A DNA stretch of 64,000 nucleotides. It comes from Octopus bimaculoides (lineage: Eukaryota). Each line of letters opens with the position of its first letter. Position 1 is the stretch's first letter. Position numbers and translations under genes: made by a program. The notes under the pieces were generated by a model, which saw only the letters and a program-made list of their open reading frames with translations, was not told where the DNA came from and did no database searches. Positions 13,035 through 27,060 of this stretch are shown here, in pieces. The DNA lies in contig NC_068981.1 in assembly GCF_001194135.2 (NCBI RefSeq), forward strand, positions 55,611,471-55,675,470, in the 5' to 3' direction.

Positions 13035-13329
13035 GTAAGTAATTTTTGTGTTCTTTTCAAACTAGTTCTATCAACTTTTATTAGACATCATTTCACCAAG
13101 ACTTTGATTTACTTCAGCGTATTGAACACCTTTCTAAAGGAATATCATTCTGATCACAAAAGTGAAAACAAAGAAATTAACAATTATAACATGAATAATT
13201 TGTTAATTAATCAGTTGTTAAGTTAGTAAGCCAAGTCATTTGACTATATTTGATTGCATTTCAAGAGTTCGGTGATGTTTGAACGTCATATTTCCACATA
13301 CACACAGCTCCTTGCATACGTTTGTATGA

Positions 13330-13394
<65 letters not shown>
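13330..13394. repeat. (TA)n(TG)n microsatellite
   Basis: Direct reading. Confidence 0.95.
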
Positions 13395-14229
13395 AAAAAG
13401 TATTTATCATTTAGGTTCGGACTCATATCGGTTTGATGTCTGTACACGATAACAAACAACACCACCAAACTTTCTATGATGTTGAATTTCCCGTTAAAAT
13501 AGACGGAAGTGATGTTCCAAACAGTAAACACTAAGGAGCGCCAGACAATGACATTAATACATTCGTTGTATTTATTAATTTAATATTTTCTTCGCTGTTC
13601 CTGCGTCTCATGCCGGATATCTTGTTTTGAAAATATTTTTTTAAATAAAAATAAGTACTCGAATTTCGACAAAAATTATATTATTTTGAACCACAAATTA
13701 AACGAATCAGCTATGTAGAGAAGTCTTTATATGATCGGTAGAAATAACAGTCAAATCGGCTTTATTGTAGAATACCCAAACAAAATAATGAAAAAATTTG
13801 AAATGCTATTGCTTCAGTCTCTCAAGTATGAAAATGTACTAATAAATGAAAACTAAATAAATTCATAAGTGTAAGGCAAACGAAATATATTAAATACGTT
13901 TATATTTACTTCAATTGTCATTATTATTTGGATTGAAAAACATTGAGAAAAACTTTGTCAGGCAAGTAATAAGAAATGCCAAAGGAACATTTCGGTAAAA
14001 TCTGAAATGCTGTTTAATTTTCTAAAGAAGATCCATCTCATTACACATTCTAATATCATGAAAAGCGATATGATAGTGAAAGTTTTGGTATTGTACCCGT
14101 TCCCTTCATCATAATGTTTTACTTTTAATGATAACAAGTACATAAATATAAGAGTATAAATATGTTGACTGCATGTGAAATGACATTTTCATTTTATTAT
14201 AAGAATTAAAGCAACATCATTTTAAATTT

Positions 14230-15330
14230 CAAAGAAATGAACAAGGAATTCCAGAGGTACTACATTCTAGTGGGAGGAAATATTGGATGTAGTGGTTAAT
14301 ACGGGGTGGGAGGAGAATATGGGTCATGAGAGGAGGAGAGATGAGTGATTGAACAAGCCAACTCGTAAGCAGACGCTGCTCTAGTAACAGTTAAAAGAAA
14401 AAGTAGAAAAAGTAAGGAGAGAGAGAGTAAATAACATTCTGTAGACCAGAGGTTGGAGTGTTAATGAGTAAATCCATGCCAATCAGTTGATGAGCATTTA
14501 TTTAGAAGCAATCAAGGATGTCTGTGTGTGTGTAACAACAGCATTGTCTCATGTGGAAACAGTACTCTAATAATGTAGACCTGCGCTTCATAGAGAATTT
14601 TAGTTGCTGAGGACTGAAGTATTTTCTGACCAGTTTTTTAGTTGCAGATTTGGTTATGTTGAGGGTGTTCACCTAGAGAGATTCTTAGTTATGTTGGAGC
14701 CTAGCATTTGCATCAACCTATACTAGGGAAGTGGGATAAAGTTTGTTGGTTGGTGTAGCGATTGTTACTTTGTGCAGTTGAAGCAGACAAGATTAGCAAT
14801 ACCCCCATTGGAAGCTGTTTTCAAGGTCCCTTTTCGTGGAGCATTATAGATTTGGTGTCAGATGTCTAGATTGAATATGAATAATGTTTGGGTGTAGAAG
14901 GTTGAAGAATAAAGTGTTGAATCATTTCCTTAGGAGTGGGCATTGAGTTAAAAGCAATTAAGTCATTAATGTATGGGAGGAAGTGTATGAGGAACAAAAC
15001 TCAGTCCTGGAACACATCAGAATTGATAGAATGAGGGGTCAGAGACAGCACCAGCAGCAATGCCAAGGTGATGGATAAAACCCATAGGTGAACTGTTTTA
15101 CCAAGAGATTTGTTTGCCAGAAACAGATGAAAGCTTTTCTAATGTCAAAGACTGCAACATTGTTTTTACCAAAGTTTTCAAAGGTAAAAATTCTACTGGT
15201 GCATATCATAGGAGAGTGGATCTTTAGTAAATCTTGTTTTATGAAAGCTGTACTGGTGGTCATTAGAGAAAGAGAGAGATTCAAGGTGATTGTTGTTATG
15301 CTCACACATTAAGAGAGTTACTAAAGACTG
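14230..15330 (-). mobile_element. Decayed CR1/Jockey-like LINE RT fragment
   Basis: ORF 15039-15305 contains FGKNNVAVFDIRKAF...LLVKQFTYGFYPSP (RT ALDISKAFDRVWH-type motif); RT C-terminal remnants follow. Confidence 0.75.
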
Positions 15331-15619
15331 CACATAGCATGAATTAATCTTTTTCCTTTTATGTCACTGCCTATAAAACATTGTTTTGGTTTATTGTGGG
15401 CGAACTTTTTGCAAGAGTTCATTTGCCATAAAGATGAATCTGTTGTGTCTCTTCATCTAGAAACTACAATATTGGTGATGAGGTTTTTGCCATCCGAATA
15501 AGTAGGAACTGATTTGATCACAAACACATTCTGGAGTTTGTTTGTGACAGTTCCAGGACATTCACTTTTAGACATGTTAAAATAAATGAATTTAATGGTG
15601 AAAATTTTGAATTAAGTTT

Positions 15620-17395
15620 GTGTTGATAGTGATGTTATTAAAGATGCAGGCAAAGAAAGAGCCATACTTCTCAGTGCCTATGATGCCCCCACATACAATT
15701 TGTTCTGCATTTTATTGTTCCAACCAAACTCCATGACCATACATACACAAACCTAGTCGAATCAATAACTAAACATCTGTAATCCATACCCAACCCTGTT
15801 ATTGGAAGGTTTAGATTCAATAAACACAACAGTTTACCCAGGGAAACTACAGAAAGTATCTGTTGGCATTACATCAAATAACTGAGTATATGCCACTCTA
15901 TATGACATGTTAAACTATCTTGTGTGTGGCATTGAAAATGACAGAATCCAGTTACAACTTTTCAGTGAAAGTACCATGAAGTCTATCATGGTCAAATCAG
16001 CAATAATTCAAAACCAAGAACACTTGACATCAGTTAAGCAAAGTTTGAAGGGCAACCAACAGCATTCCTAGTATGTGTGTTCAAAGTTAAGGAATGTTTT
16101 TACTATAAAAACCCATGACACATCATTAAAATGTGTTGCAAGATCTGAGCAACACTCAAAACCTAACCATGCTACCCATATACTTTGAAATGATCATTCC
16201 ACCATGTCGCCAACTTTCAACGGCCAAACAGATATTTATATGTATAAAGTAAGGGAGCACCATACTGATCCCATGATTGCCAACATTTGCGTCAATGGAT
16301 TTACTTACCCATAAAAGTTGATACTGGAGTATTTGTTGGTTATTAATGAAACTACTCTTACCCAACTGCAAGGAATTACCAGACCATTACAAATTCAGCC
16401 AACTACCATCAAACTTTGCACCCACACTGAGAAAACTGTACTCCTCTAGGAACTGTTGAAGTCAGAAAAAGGACATTCCCTATGGTCACTCCTGGGAAAG
16501 AGCCAGGCTCTGCTGAGTCAAAATTGGTTATAACACACTCAACTGGGAGAAATTGTTCAGCATTGTACCTACAAACAGTGCAAAAATAGTCATGCAACAA
16601 AAACTGGTTGTTCTAAAAAAAAATGAGTATGGTGGGGTACTCAGTAAAGCTATAAGTACATTAAAGAATATTGACTCCAAAGCTGTACCAGTGTTTTCCA
16701 AAGCTAGGCTTGTTCCATATTCCCCAAAAGAAGGAATTTAAGTCAGGCTCAACAAATTAGTGCAAGAAGGTATTTGTCAGTCTGAAAATTACTCAAAATG
16801 GGATTCTTCAGTAATACCAGTTGTAAAAGAGGATGGGATGACAAGAATCTGTAGACATAAACAAATCAGCCATTGTCATTGCTCTCCTCATTATGCAACT
16901 CTGAATTAGCTATGATGGTTACCTTCTTTGGGGTGCCAGAGTAATTATTCCTCTCAATCTAAGGTAGATAGTGCTCAGTCAACTTTACTTTTGAACACAC
17001 ATCCAGATGTCAGTAGGATGCAGGCACTAGTCAGATGCCATGTTCAGTGACCAAAAATGAATAGGGACATAGAAACTCATGTTAGAGGTTGCAGTGAATG
17101 TCAGATGTATGCCAACATGCTGATCAGTATTCCAATACACCTCTGGGAGCAGCCTTTGAGTTTATAGATCCATCCACATATATATTATACAGGGCCATTT
17201 CTGGCAGGATGGTTTTGATTGTTGTAGATACTTTAGATGGATTGAAATTTCCCTTCTCTAGCAACTGTTGAAAAACTTAGATCTGTTTTTGCAACACATG
17301 ACCTTCCAAACAACTATGTATTAGCTAATGGTTCTGCTTTTATAAGTGATGAATTTCCAAAGTTTATATCTTTAAATGGTCTACATGTGCATTCT
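15620..17395 (+). mobile_element. Decayed Ty3/Gypsy gag-pro-pol relic in PPM1H intron 1
   Basis: Colinear degenerate motifs: Gag (ERAILLS...VIGRFRF...LVCGIEN), protease KVDTG (~16311), RT start (PVFSKARLVPY...WDSSVIPVVKEDG..RIC), integrase (HP..SRMQAL...GCSECQ...GPFL...VFATH.LP...NGSAFISDEF). Confidence 0.85.
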
Positions 17396-17664
17396 TGTCA
17401 CCTACTCTTCCATATCTTCCCTAATTATTATCCCTACTCATCATCCCTCAACACCTATCCGTCATTATATTCACCCTCTCACCCATTCTCCATTTCTCTC
17501 ACACTCACCTATACACTCTTGCAACCTCTACCTACCCATACAATCTGTTCTGTTCACACATGCTTCTACTCACCTGTACCTTGAGGGTTCACCCCTAACA
17601 CCTCATCACCACTGTTTTATCTCTTTCTGGTTTCATTCTGGTAACTCCCACCCTTCTTCTATGA

Positions 17665-18463
17665 TGTGAGCAGCCATTTGTTTGAAACTCTAACGACTGT
17701 GCAACCAGGAGATGGTGACGAAGGAATGGCCCCTTTAGCGCATCACACGGTCGGCACAAATATATAAACAAAAAATGAAATGAGGTTAAAATGAGTTAAG
17801 TGCCAAGAAAAAGAGAGAGACACAACCGGTAAAAAGGTATAAGAGAAAGGTTTCATTGGTTGTCAACTTGAATGTCCATGTGTGTGTGTGAGTGCGACAT
17901 AATAAAACATAATATTAGACAGGCTGTCGTGTAAACAAAGTGTGTGTGTATACAAATATGTGTATGCGAATGCAAGAGATACAGAGCATAGAAAAGAGTC
18001 TATAAGGACATTAGAAGAAAGTCCAGGCACAAGGATGGGAAATACCAGTTCGTATCTAATGGTTGAAGTGCTGTACCAAGAAGTCGTGGCGTCAAGGCAG
18101 AGCCGAAGAAAGACACATGTTGTGTAAGAAGTTGAGGCTTTAATGCTGTTGCCGGTTACTTGGTACAGGAGTTCTTGCAGGTTGTATTCACTGTTAACCT
18201 TGGTGAAGCATTTCACAAACAGCATGGAGAAAGTCATGTTAGCATTCGGGGTTCAGAAAACTGTGCCACGTGACCTTACTGAAGGCGGCGATTGGTTGGG
18301 TTGCACCCTGGCGCAAAATAGAACAAGAGACAAAATGCACCAATACCAACCAATCAGAGTGGTAGACACAACAGGGTCAAATATGCAGCCGAAGGCTAGC
18401 TGTTATCTGCTACGTTCACATTCATGTATATATAACAGAAAGAGAGAGAGAAGCTTCACTACA
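17665..18463. mobile_element. Possible solo LTR
   Basis: GC-richer ~800-bp block starting TG and ending TACA, next to the Gypsy relic; no matching TSD found. Confidence 0.35.
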
Positions 18464-20196
18464 AAACCAACAAAATATTTGTTAACCTTACTCAGAAACT
18501 GATATTTTAATAGATCTGGCTGCGATAATGAAGGATTAAAGTTCAGTAGTTCATTTTTTAGGTCTTTCTGATATTTTTCCCACCCTTTACTTATTATGTT
18601 TGTACCGAATGGCTTAACTCATGGTAGATTTGGAATGCAGTCTTATATCTATTAGTACTTTTTATGCTCCCACTTTAGCTAATTCAACTGCTTTCCTCTT
18701 TCCTTTAATATCTGTATGGCTGGGTATCCAAATAATTATTACATGTTTATTATTTTCTGATAAATAATTATTTCATTTCAGAAGATTACTCACAAATCTT
18801 TTTTTAAATCCACCTACTTTTTCTTGACTGAAATAGTTTTAGGTTTGAATGAACTGTTGGTAAAAAAAATCTTTTTCTCATGGTATTTCTTTAACAGAAT
18901 CTAAAGACGCTATACCCTGCCACACACTCCCTCAAATATTGTGAAATCATGATGTAATCTGAAGCTCATATGTGTATTATTATTATTTTTAAAGGTCCTA
19001 CCCCATTGTCTGAATGTGACGCATCTGTATAACTGGCCCAGTTGTTAAAACAGATTGATTGTGTAATGTTATTGTGGTATTCTTTAATTTCCACTCTTGA
19101 TTTTTTTTTTATTGTTATTCTGTAGGATTTTGATTGTTTTAAAGTAATAATATGCCATATACCTTTCATTCCTCTTTATCACAACTATGCCTCTCTGTCT
19201 CTGTTTTACTTTCTTAATTCTCTTTTTTAAAATTTTCTGTATTCTTTCCTTTCTTTCTGTTTCTATTTTTCTTTTTTTTTTATCTCTTTGTCTCATAGTT
19301 TTCTTATTTTATTCATTAATTGTATTCCATTTATTATTTTTATACTCATTGTTATTTCTATCCTATAACCAAATGGCTTTGTCAAACATAACTTAAAGTT
19401 TTAGAATAAATATTAAATTTTATACTACAAGCATTTAAATATGAAAACTTTAGTATTTATAAATCTCATTTTTGTTAAATATATTATGGCTCTATTAACT
19501 TATACACTATAACAAAATTTAAAATTGTGTTGAAAGTGAGTAACACTACAAATACTTGGAGTAATGATGGTATAATATCTCAATTTTAATTGTTGTTAAT
19601 TTGTATTTGTTTGGGTGACTAAACAAATTTTATTGAACTGTAAATCAGAGAGAAAAGTTAAGAGAAATATTATCTCTATTAAAATCACAAGCTTCTCTCT
19701 TTCAACCTCTAGCAATGAATTTGAATTTAATAAGATTTTTTTTGTAGGCTATAATTGTCTAAAAACTATAGAACATTCATACTCTAACATTATACATCCT
19801 TTCTCCTATCATTTCATTCCAGCTTTCACATATCCTACACATTCAATGCCCATGTTTCACTACCTTTCATACCCATATTATTGGCCTTTCGTTCAGACAA
19901 GTAATTTCTTTATTGCCAGCAGAGATAATATCCTTCTGATTTTTTTCTTACTCTGACATAAATTACAACTAGCTTACCTTTCTTGAGTTTTATTCACCAT
20001 TAAACAAAACATGTAGTGCTTGATACAAACTGAAATAGGGATGATTCACAGTAGTACAACAAACACAGGATGCAACTTTAGTTCTATAACAGCTGATTAT
20101 AATTCATTTATCCCCACATTTTCAAATTAAACTCCATTACGTGTCAGCCAGTATTGATAGCTAAATTAAGAAACATTAATAACAAACATACACATA

Positions 20197-20545
20197 ATCA
20201 TCATCATCATTTAGCGTCCATTATCCAATGCTGATATGGGTTGGCTGCACTAGACTCCTGTCTGATTTGGTATGGTTTCTATGGCTGGATGTCTTTCCTA
20301 ATGCCAACCACTCTGAGAGTATAATGGGTGCTTTTACATGCCACTGGCATGGGTGCCATTTGCGTGACACCGGTATCTGCCATGACTGCGATTTTACTTG
20401 GCTTGATAGGTCTTCTCAAGCATGACATAATGTCAAAGGTCTTGGTCATTGCCTCCATGAAGCCCAACACTTGAATTGAGCTTTTCACATGTCACCAGCA
20501 TCAGCCACTTTGCTTCAGTGAGGCCCAATGCTTGAAAGGTGCTTT
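20197..20545 (-). mobile_element. RTE-type 3' tail element
   Basis: catcatcatcattt...ttcctaatgccaaccactctgagagt...gataggtcttctcaagca. Confidence 0.75.
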
Positions 20546-20639
20546 TCACATGCCACCGGCAGGGGCTATATATATATTATAATATATAGTCCTTTAAGTG
20601 AAAGGAGTGAAATAACAAGAAAGCAAAGTAGAGTAGGTA

Positions 20640-21560
20640 GATGTCAAAGGGGGTTCATCATCTCTACTCACCACCTCTTGATGGTCTGTTTCAGAAGAAC
20701 CATCTGTTCATGAGTGTAGAAGCATCATCTTGAGGTATCATTTATTTGGGAGACTCGGATGCTGCTGGTTTAGGTACAAGATTGGATAGATAAACATTTT
20801 ATAATAGTGTTGGTAATCATATCTGCACATGGGAGAGCAAAGAACTTTGAGAATTCATCCACAATGGTCAGCAAATAGCTTTCTCTTTTTTTCTTTCTTT
20901 TCTTTTTGTTTTGTTTTGTAGTTGAGAGGAGAGGTCACTTAGAAACAAGGCCTAGTTTCTCAAATATCTGAGTAGCCTTTATCACATGAGCAGGTATTGG
21001 ATTATAAAACCTTGGTTTTATCTCAGCACATGTGCAGCATGTAAAGATCATTCTTTTGACTTCCTCAGCAGAATATAGAAGATTTCTGGCACACACAGAA
21101 TGAAGCACCTGTAAGTCCTTAACAAGGAAGAATTTGTATTTGGTCTTGCAACAGACACAGCAGGCATTCCTTCAGCCTAAGCATCCACCTGGTGAATCCA
21201 CTTCATAATACAGCTGGAGGCTTGTGAGTATTCTCAATCTTGCCTGTGCTAACATATTTGGTATCATACCTAATTAGTGGAGTTTTCACCCTCCATCTGA
21301 AATTTATGGTACCAGAGCCATGGAACTTTGTAGAGGAGACATTGGCTATATCTAGCCAATAGCATTTGGCCTCCTCTGCTGGTTCCTGCTCTTCGCCTGT
21401 AATGGTTGTGACATCCCAATTCCTCATGTTGTCTCCTCCTGGACCTGCTTCAGGATTCCAGGGAACACATCGTTTGTGCTGCCATGTCACACCTAGAAGA
21501 AGTTGCAGTCTTATTGCTTGTTATAGCAACATTGGGTGGAAATTGCAGTATGCTTTTCTA
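20640..21560 (-). mobile_element. Decayed Gypsy RNase H/integrase relic
   Basis: Reverse strand: TCAEIKPRFYNPIPAHVIKATQIFEKL..., YLLTIVDEFS-like integrase motifs. Confidence 0.6.
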
Positions 21561-21892
21561 ACAGATTCCTTTACCTGAGATCCAAATGTATCCCTTGTTA
21601 ATCCCTGCAACAGATGATGCAATATGTTTGTTGTTTTGAACCCCTTTCATATTGCCGTTTTTTGGTGGTCTTATTCATGCCAGGAACTAAGCTTGTATTT
21701 GTTTGTGACCCACAAGAGGTAGGAAATATGAAACAGAAATAGGTGAAGAAACTGAAAGGGATCGTTCAAAGAAAGAAAAGGTTTGAATAGTGTCATAGAA
21801 ATAAGCCAGAGGGGGTAGATAAGCTGTGGGGAAAGTACAATGAGAGAAAAGAGTTAGAGGGCAGAGCCATGATGAGTGAACACAAGATATAA

Positions 21893-22345
21893 ATGCAGGC
21901 AGGGCTACGGGTTTAAGAAGTTTACTTTAAAATAACAAGGTTTAGGATTCATTCTCACTGCATGGGTACTTTTGACTGATGTCATTTACTATAGCCACAG
22001 GTTGGCCAATGTCTTGTGAGTGAAATTGGTCAATGGAAACTGAAAGAAGCTTGTCATATGTGAATGTATGTTTGTGTCTTCTCCTTCTTTTGACATGTGT
22101 GTGCCTGATTCAAAACAAAGTCACTTTTTGCACAAATAGTGTTATTTGTTTACAATTTTCCATAAAGACATATTCAGCCATTGAGCTATTCATTATCTGA
22201 AGAACTAAGAAAAATATTACAGTACTCGCAAACAACTGAGGATTGATGATCAGAAGAACATCTGATGATATAAGATCTGTCTCAAGAAGTCTAACTCATG
22301 CAAGCATGGAAAAGAGGATGGATGCTAAATGATAATGATGGTGGT
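21893..22345 (+). mobile_element. Degenerate tRNA-derived SINE family A
   Basis: Diverged match to 44744-45139 (head, gccttgtgagtg..ttgg..atggaaactgaaagaagc). Confidence 0.65.
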
Positions 22346-23683
22346 GGTAACAGCAGCAAAGGCAGAGTAATAGAAGAGAGATAAATTAAGGGGATGTTGT
22401 ACTGAATGCTATATCAAACAATTCTTAATTGAACTTTTTCACTGCTGAAGTTTTTAGCAACACTCATAGAAAGAGGGAGATAGTTCCAAGAAATTAAGAA
22501 TTAATCTCTTAATGTTAATTTACATGTATCTAACTTTATGATTATGATGTATGTACATGAACTACATACTGGTACTGAACCAACAATATCCACTCTACTA
22601 CTCAATAGGGACTTAAGAGCAGTTATGACTACATAACATTGTGCTACAATACAATTAGTTCTCTGTAAATGACATCCGTGACCTGGTTATTAAGAAATTC
22701 CTATTATAGTTTTATTTTTAAGATGTTAATATATCTCAAAAAGACATGAACATCACAACTTCTCTTTGTTCACTACTTATAAATATGAAACTTATGGGTT
22801 AAATATTATTGTTATCTAACCCTAAATATGATCTGGTATACCAAACTAGAGTTGAGGTTCACATCTGCACTAATTTGTTATCTATATGAGGATTAAAGCC
22901 TCTTAATCCCTTCATCAAATTATATGTATGTATGTGTGTGTGCATGTGTACTTATACAAATGCTCAGACTCTAATCAAATTGAAATCATCTCTACCTCAT
23001 ACAGATGACACTTGAACATACTGATAACGTCTTTCCATATTTTCTTTCTAGTAGTCCTAATAATCAAATTTTGGATGTCAGTGTGTGAAATTTATTATTT
23101 TTATCAGGGTTTTTTTTCATCTTAATCACTACTTTCATCTCTAAAAAAAATAATTTTATTTCTTCTGTAATAACACTCATTGTTGATACTTATGACGATT
23201 TCTTTCTTTGTAATGAAAACTTATAAAGAAAAGGAAATGGAAAGCCCTTATCACCTCACCATTGTCTAAAATTGTCACATGCTCAGAGAAAGCACAGTAG
23301 GGTTAATTTGATATTTGACTGCTGCTTATGTTGTTGGCTGATGGGATGAGAGCTACATTCAATGCTGACAAAATTTAAACTTACAATGTAAAAGGTTGTA
23401 ACTAAATGTTACAAGACATCATCAAGGCTTTAATGTTTCTACTGTAAAAAATAATTTCTAACTTTAGCACAGTCATTAATTTTGAAGAAATGATGTTATC
23501 AACTTCCATTGACCCTAGCACTTGACTGGTACTTAGGACTTGGTACTTACTTACCAACCCTGAAAGGATGAAAGGCAATGTTAACCTCAGTGGGTTTTAA
23601 ACAGTCTATGATGTTACTAAATACCATATGCCTATTTAATTGTCTTTTAGTCTCTGCAATTTCTGCAACATTATTGCTGATAT

Positions 23684-24078
23684 TACTCTTTTACTTGTTT
23701 CAGTCATTTGACTGTGGCCATGCTGGAGCACCGCCTTTAGTCAAGTAATTCGACCCCAGGACTTATTCTTTGTAAGCCTAGTACTTATTCTGTCTGTCTC
23801 TTTTGCCGAACTGCTAAGTTACAGGGACGTAAACACACCAGCATCAGTTGTCAAGCGATGTTGGGGGGGACAAACATAGACACACACATACATATATATA
23901 TATATACATATATACGACAGGCTTCTTTTAGTTTCCATCCACCAAATCCACTCACAAGGCTTTGGTCGGCCCGAGGCTATAGTAGAAGACACTTGCCCAA
24001 GGTGCCACACAGTCGGACTGAAGCCGGAACCATGTGGTTCGTAAGCAAGCTACTTACCACACAGCCACTCCTACACTT
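23684..24078 (-). mobile_element. Full-length tRNA-derived SINE family A (~400 bp)
   Basis: Reverse complement closely matches 44744-45139 end to end, including the internal (TG)n. Confidence 0.9.
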
Positions 24079-25464
24079 ATTATTAACAAAAACAATGATG
24101 ATAATGACAATGACAACGGTTTCTTTTTTCCTAATAATGGCTTATTAGAGTTGTTGAAGCCATGTAGAAGGACACTCTCAGCAAAGTGACACCTGGCACA
24201 TTAAATTCCTTATCAAACTTGTTAATAATAGGGTTCAGTAAGGAATTTAGTGTGCTAGGTGTTCCTTAAGGCTTGCTTTTTTTTCTCTCACCACCACTTG
24301 CAAATTCATTTCAGTTCTAGAAGAGGTGAAGCTCTTTCTATAGCTAACAAGTGTGATGTTATCCAAATCTCCAGTGACAAAACTTGTGATAGCTCATTGT
24401 TCCTGTCTAGAATAAACTGTCTCTCAACTACTTAATACTATAACAACTGAAATAAACTTCATCACAGTCCTCCAATCTATGGTACTACAAGTCACTGCTC
24501 AAATTAGTTGAAATCAACTCTCCTCAGACAACCCTTTCATTGACACTCTAGGTATTTCGAACCTTAGTTACGTGATAAAATTATAAGAAATAAATGAGTG
24601 GCCAAAGTCTCAGCTGAGTTGTTGTTTAGCTCCAGGTTAGCTTTGATCTAGCATACCTATTATCTAAGGCATTCCAACCATGACTATCCTCTCTTTTTCA
24701 CAGAGAGTGTATCTACAACTACATTTTCCTAATATGTCTTTCTTAATTTAAAACAGTAGCATGAAGAAAATTAGAAAGATTTAACAGAAATAATTGGTTG
24801 GTTAATTCACTTGATAGCAGGAGTAGTAAATGGTCTGGAACAATACAGTTTAGAAATGAATAATAAATAATGAACACTTATACACTGCAGACTAATCAAA
24901 GTAAGACCAAACTATATGAAACAGTTTTGTTTGAAAAGTATGCTCAGAAAAATAGCACAAAAGTATGCAACAGAAGAGTCAGCATTTGAAACTCTGGTGC
25001 CATTAACTTCTGCTTACCCAGATGTGCTACATCATCATCACCAATTCCTGATGTTCCAGTTACCTTTGAAGATAAAGATGGTGATCCTGATATATAACTC
25101 CGCTTAGTTGTCAATTTCAGATCTTCGTTTTGAAAATAGCTGTGATGAATTTTCTTACTTAAGCCATCAGATTTATTGTACCTGTATTTATGTTTTAGTC
25201 TTTCTGCATTAAAATTTTATTTGCTTTTCATTTAGTGTTTCTTTTTCTTTTATGAATTAGCTTGTACTGATTTACAAAGTATTTTAAATGTGGGATGAAG
25301 TAGTCAACTGTTGAGAGTAAACTTATGTACAAATCTAACCACTGGTATCTGGTATTCCACAGATTCCAATGATATTGGCTTAATGAGTGGTAACTGTGTA
25401 AAATAACAGTAACAATGTTGGAATTTTCCATTTTATAAAGCTGTTTCGATATGCTTAATTTCAG

Positions 25465-25633
25465 AGTAATAAATGCTGGTAAATCACTCAACAATGAAGA
25501 TCAGGCTGTGGCAGTTCGCTGTGTCATTTCTCGACATATTAACATGGTTCCGACCAACCCTTCGTGCAATTCTATAGAGAGAAATGGAGCCAATAATTCT
25601 GAGAAAAATAGCACTGCTGCAGAAGAGTCAAAG
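25465..25633 (+). CDS. PPM1H: PPM1H-like exon 2
   Basis: ttcag|A GTA ATA AAT... VINAGKSLNNEDQA (PP2C metal-binding ED motif); donor AAG|gttagt. Confidence 0.92.
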
Positions 25634-26213
25634 GTTAGTGTTTTACATTTTGAAAGCTTTACACTTTAAAATGACAGGATTTCAACTAAACTATTTAGTT
25701 TGGAATATGGAGCAGAAATTTTGAGTTTCACTTTAAAAGTTTGTTATTAAATGCATCACATAGGTATGTAAAATTAAATTTTGCTTATTTCTCTTATGTC
25801 ATTTCTGAGAAATTTATATCATTGATATTAAAGATCTCTATAGATTATTTGGTTATCCTTAACTGTTCAAATATGATTATACATAAATTACTAAACAATG
25901 AACAGGATCATACAGCCCTGCTAATTTTGGAATTCTAACCATATTTACAGATACTCTCTCTTGGTTTCAAATTTTTCTAGTTTACTTTCTGTAAATCTAC
26001 AGCAAAAACCTACTGTTATTTATTTCTAGGTCTTAATACCTGTGTCATATGTTATATCTTAAATATAACTCTTCTTAGTTGTCAATTTCAGACCTTCACT
26101 TTATATGTTATATATAACATATGACACAATCATTAAGTCTGAGCTACTTACTTTTATCCATCACTGCATTCTCTCCAGTAGTATGTTTCATGCATTCTCT
26201 CCAGTAGTATGTT

Positions 26214-26217
<4 letters not shown>

Positions 26218-26286
<69 letters not shown>

Positions 26287-26292
26287 TCTCTC
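26218..26292. repeat. (CT)n microsatellite
   Basis: Direct reading. Confidence 0.95.
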
Positions 26293-26729
26293 CTTGAAAT
26301 CAAGCAAGGCCCATCAGCACAAAGGTTTAGAGGAAAGGGGTGCACATGTATATCTGAGATAACAAAAATAGCAGTGAAATAAATGATAGAAGATGAAATA
26401 CAATGGAATGATAACAAACAAAAACTGATGGCAATAAAAAAATATAAATGTAATGAGAGAGTTAGAAAGGAACAGCTAATATTAAAATGAAGGCAATCAC
26501 CAATATTAGACAAGGTATTGTTAACTCAAAGAGATCAAGGAAAACAATGTTGTTCTGGAGGAAAAAGCTATATGCATAGAATTTGCAATATACTGATGTA
26601 ATATTCAAGAAGTGCAAATGTGATTTGCTAAATTTAGAAAACTGAGTTTCTCCGACTGGCAGGACCAAGAAAAGTAGCTCCTCTGAACACCTATGGAAGT
26701 ATCAGTAGAAAAGGGCTAATCTTGTGATA

Positions 26730-27060
26730 TTCAGTCAATGATAGGGTAGTTTTAATGATGAAAAGAGTTCATCACCTGCTAGCTTATTCATCTGAATCAG
26801 CAATCTATCAAACATGGACTGTACGTGTTTGGAGGAAACTGTCCAAATATATGAACAGTACTTCATTATTGTGTGGATCTGTCTTTTGTAGATATACAGT
26901 AAAGCTGTAGGTGTTTGGAACATATTTTGAATAGTAGAACAAGCCTTCCATTTTACCCACCACCTTGGCAACAGACATAACATAAGAGTCATATCTCAAA
27001 TTAGTCCTACTCAAGAAAAGATCAATAATTTCTCAATGACACTGAGAAAATACTAGGATT
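26730..27060 (-). mobile_element. CR1/Jockey-like LINE RT C-terminal fragment
   Basis: LLYIYKRQIHTIMKYCSYIW (LYKAQIRPxMEYCSHIW-type motif). Confidence 0.7.
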
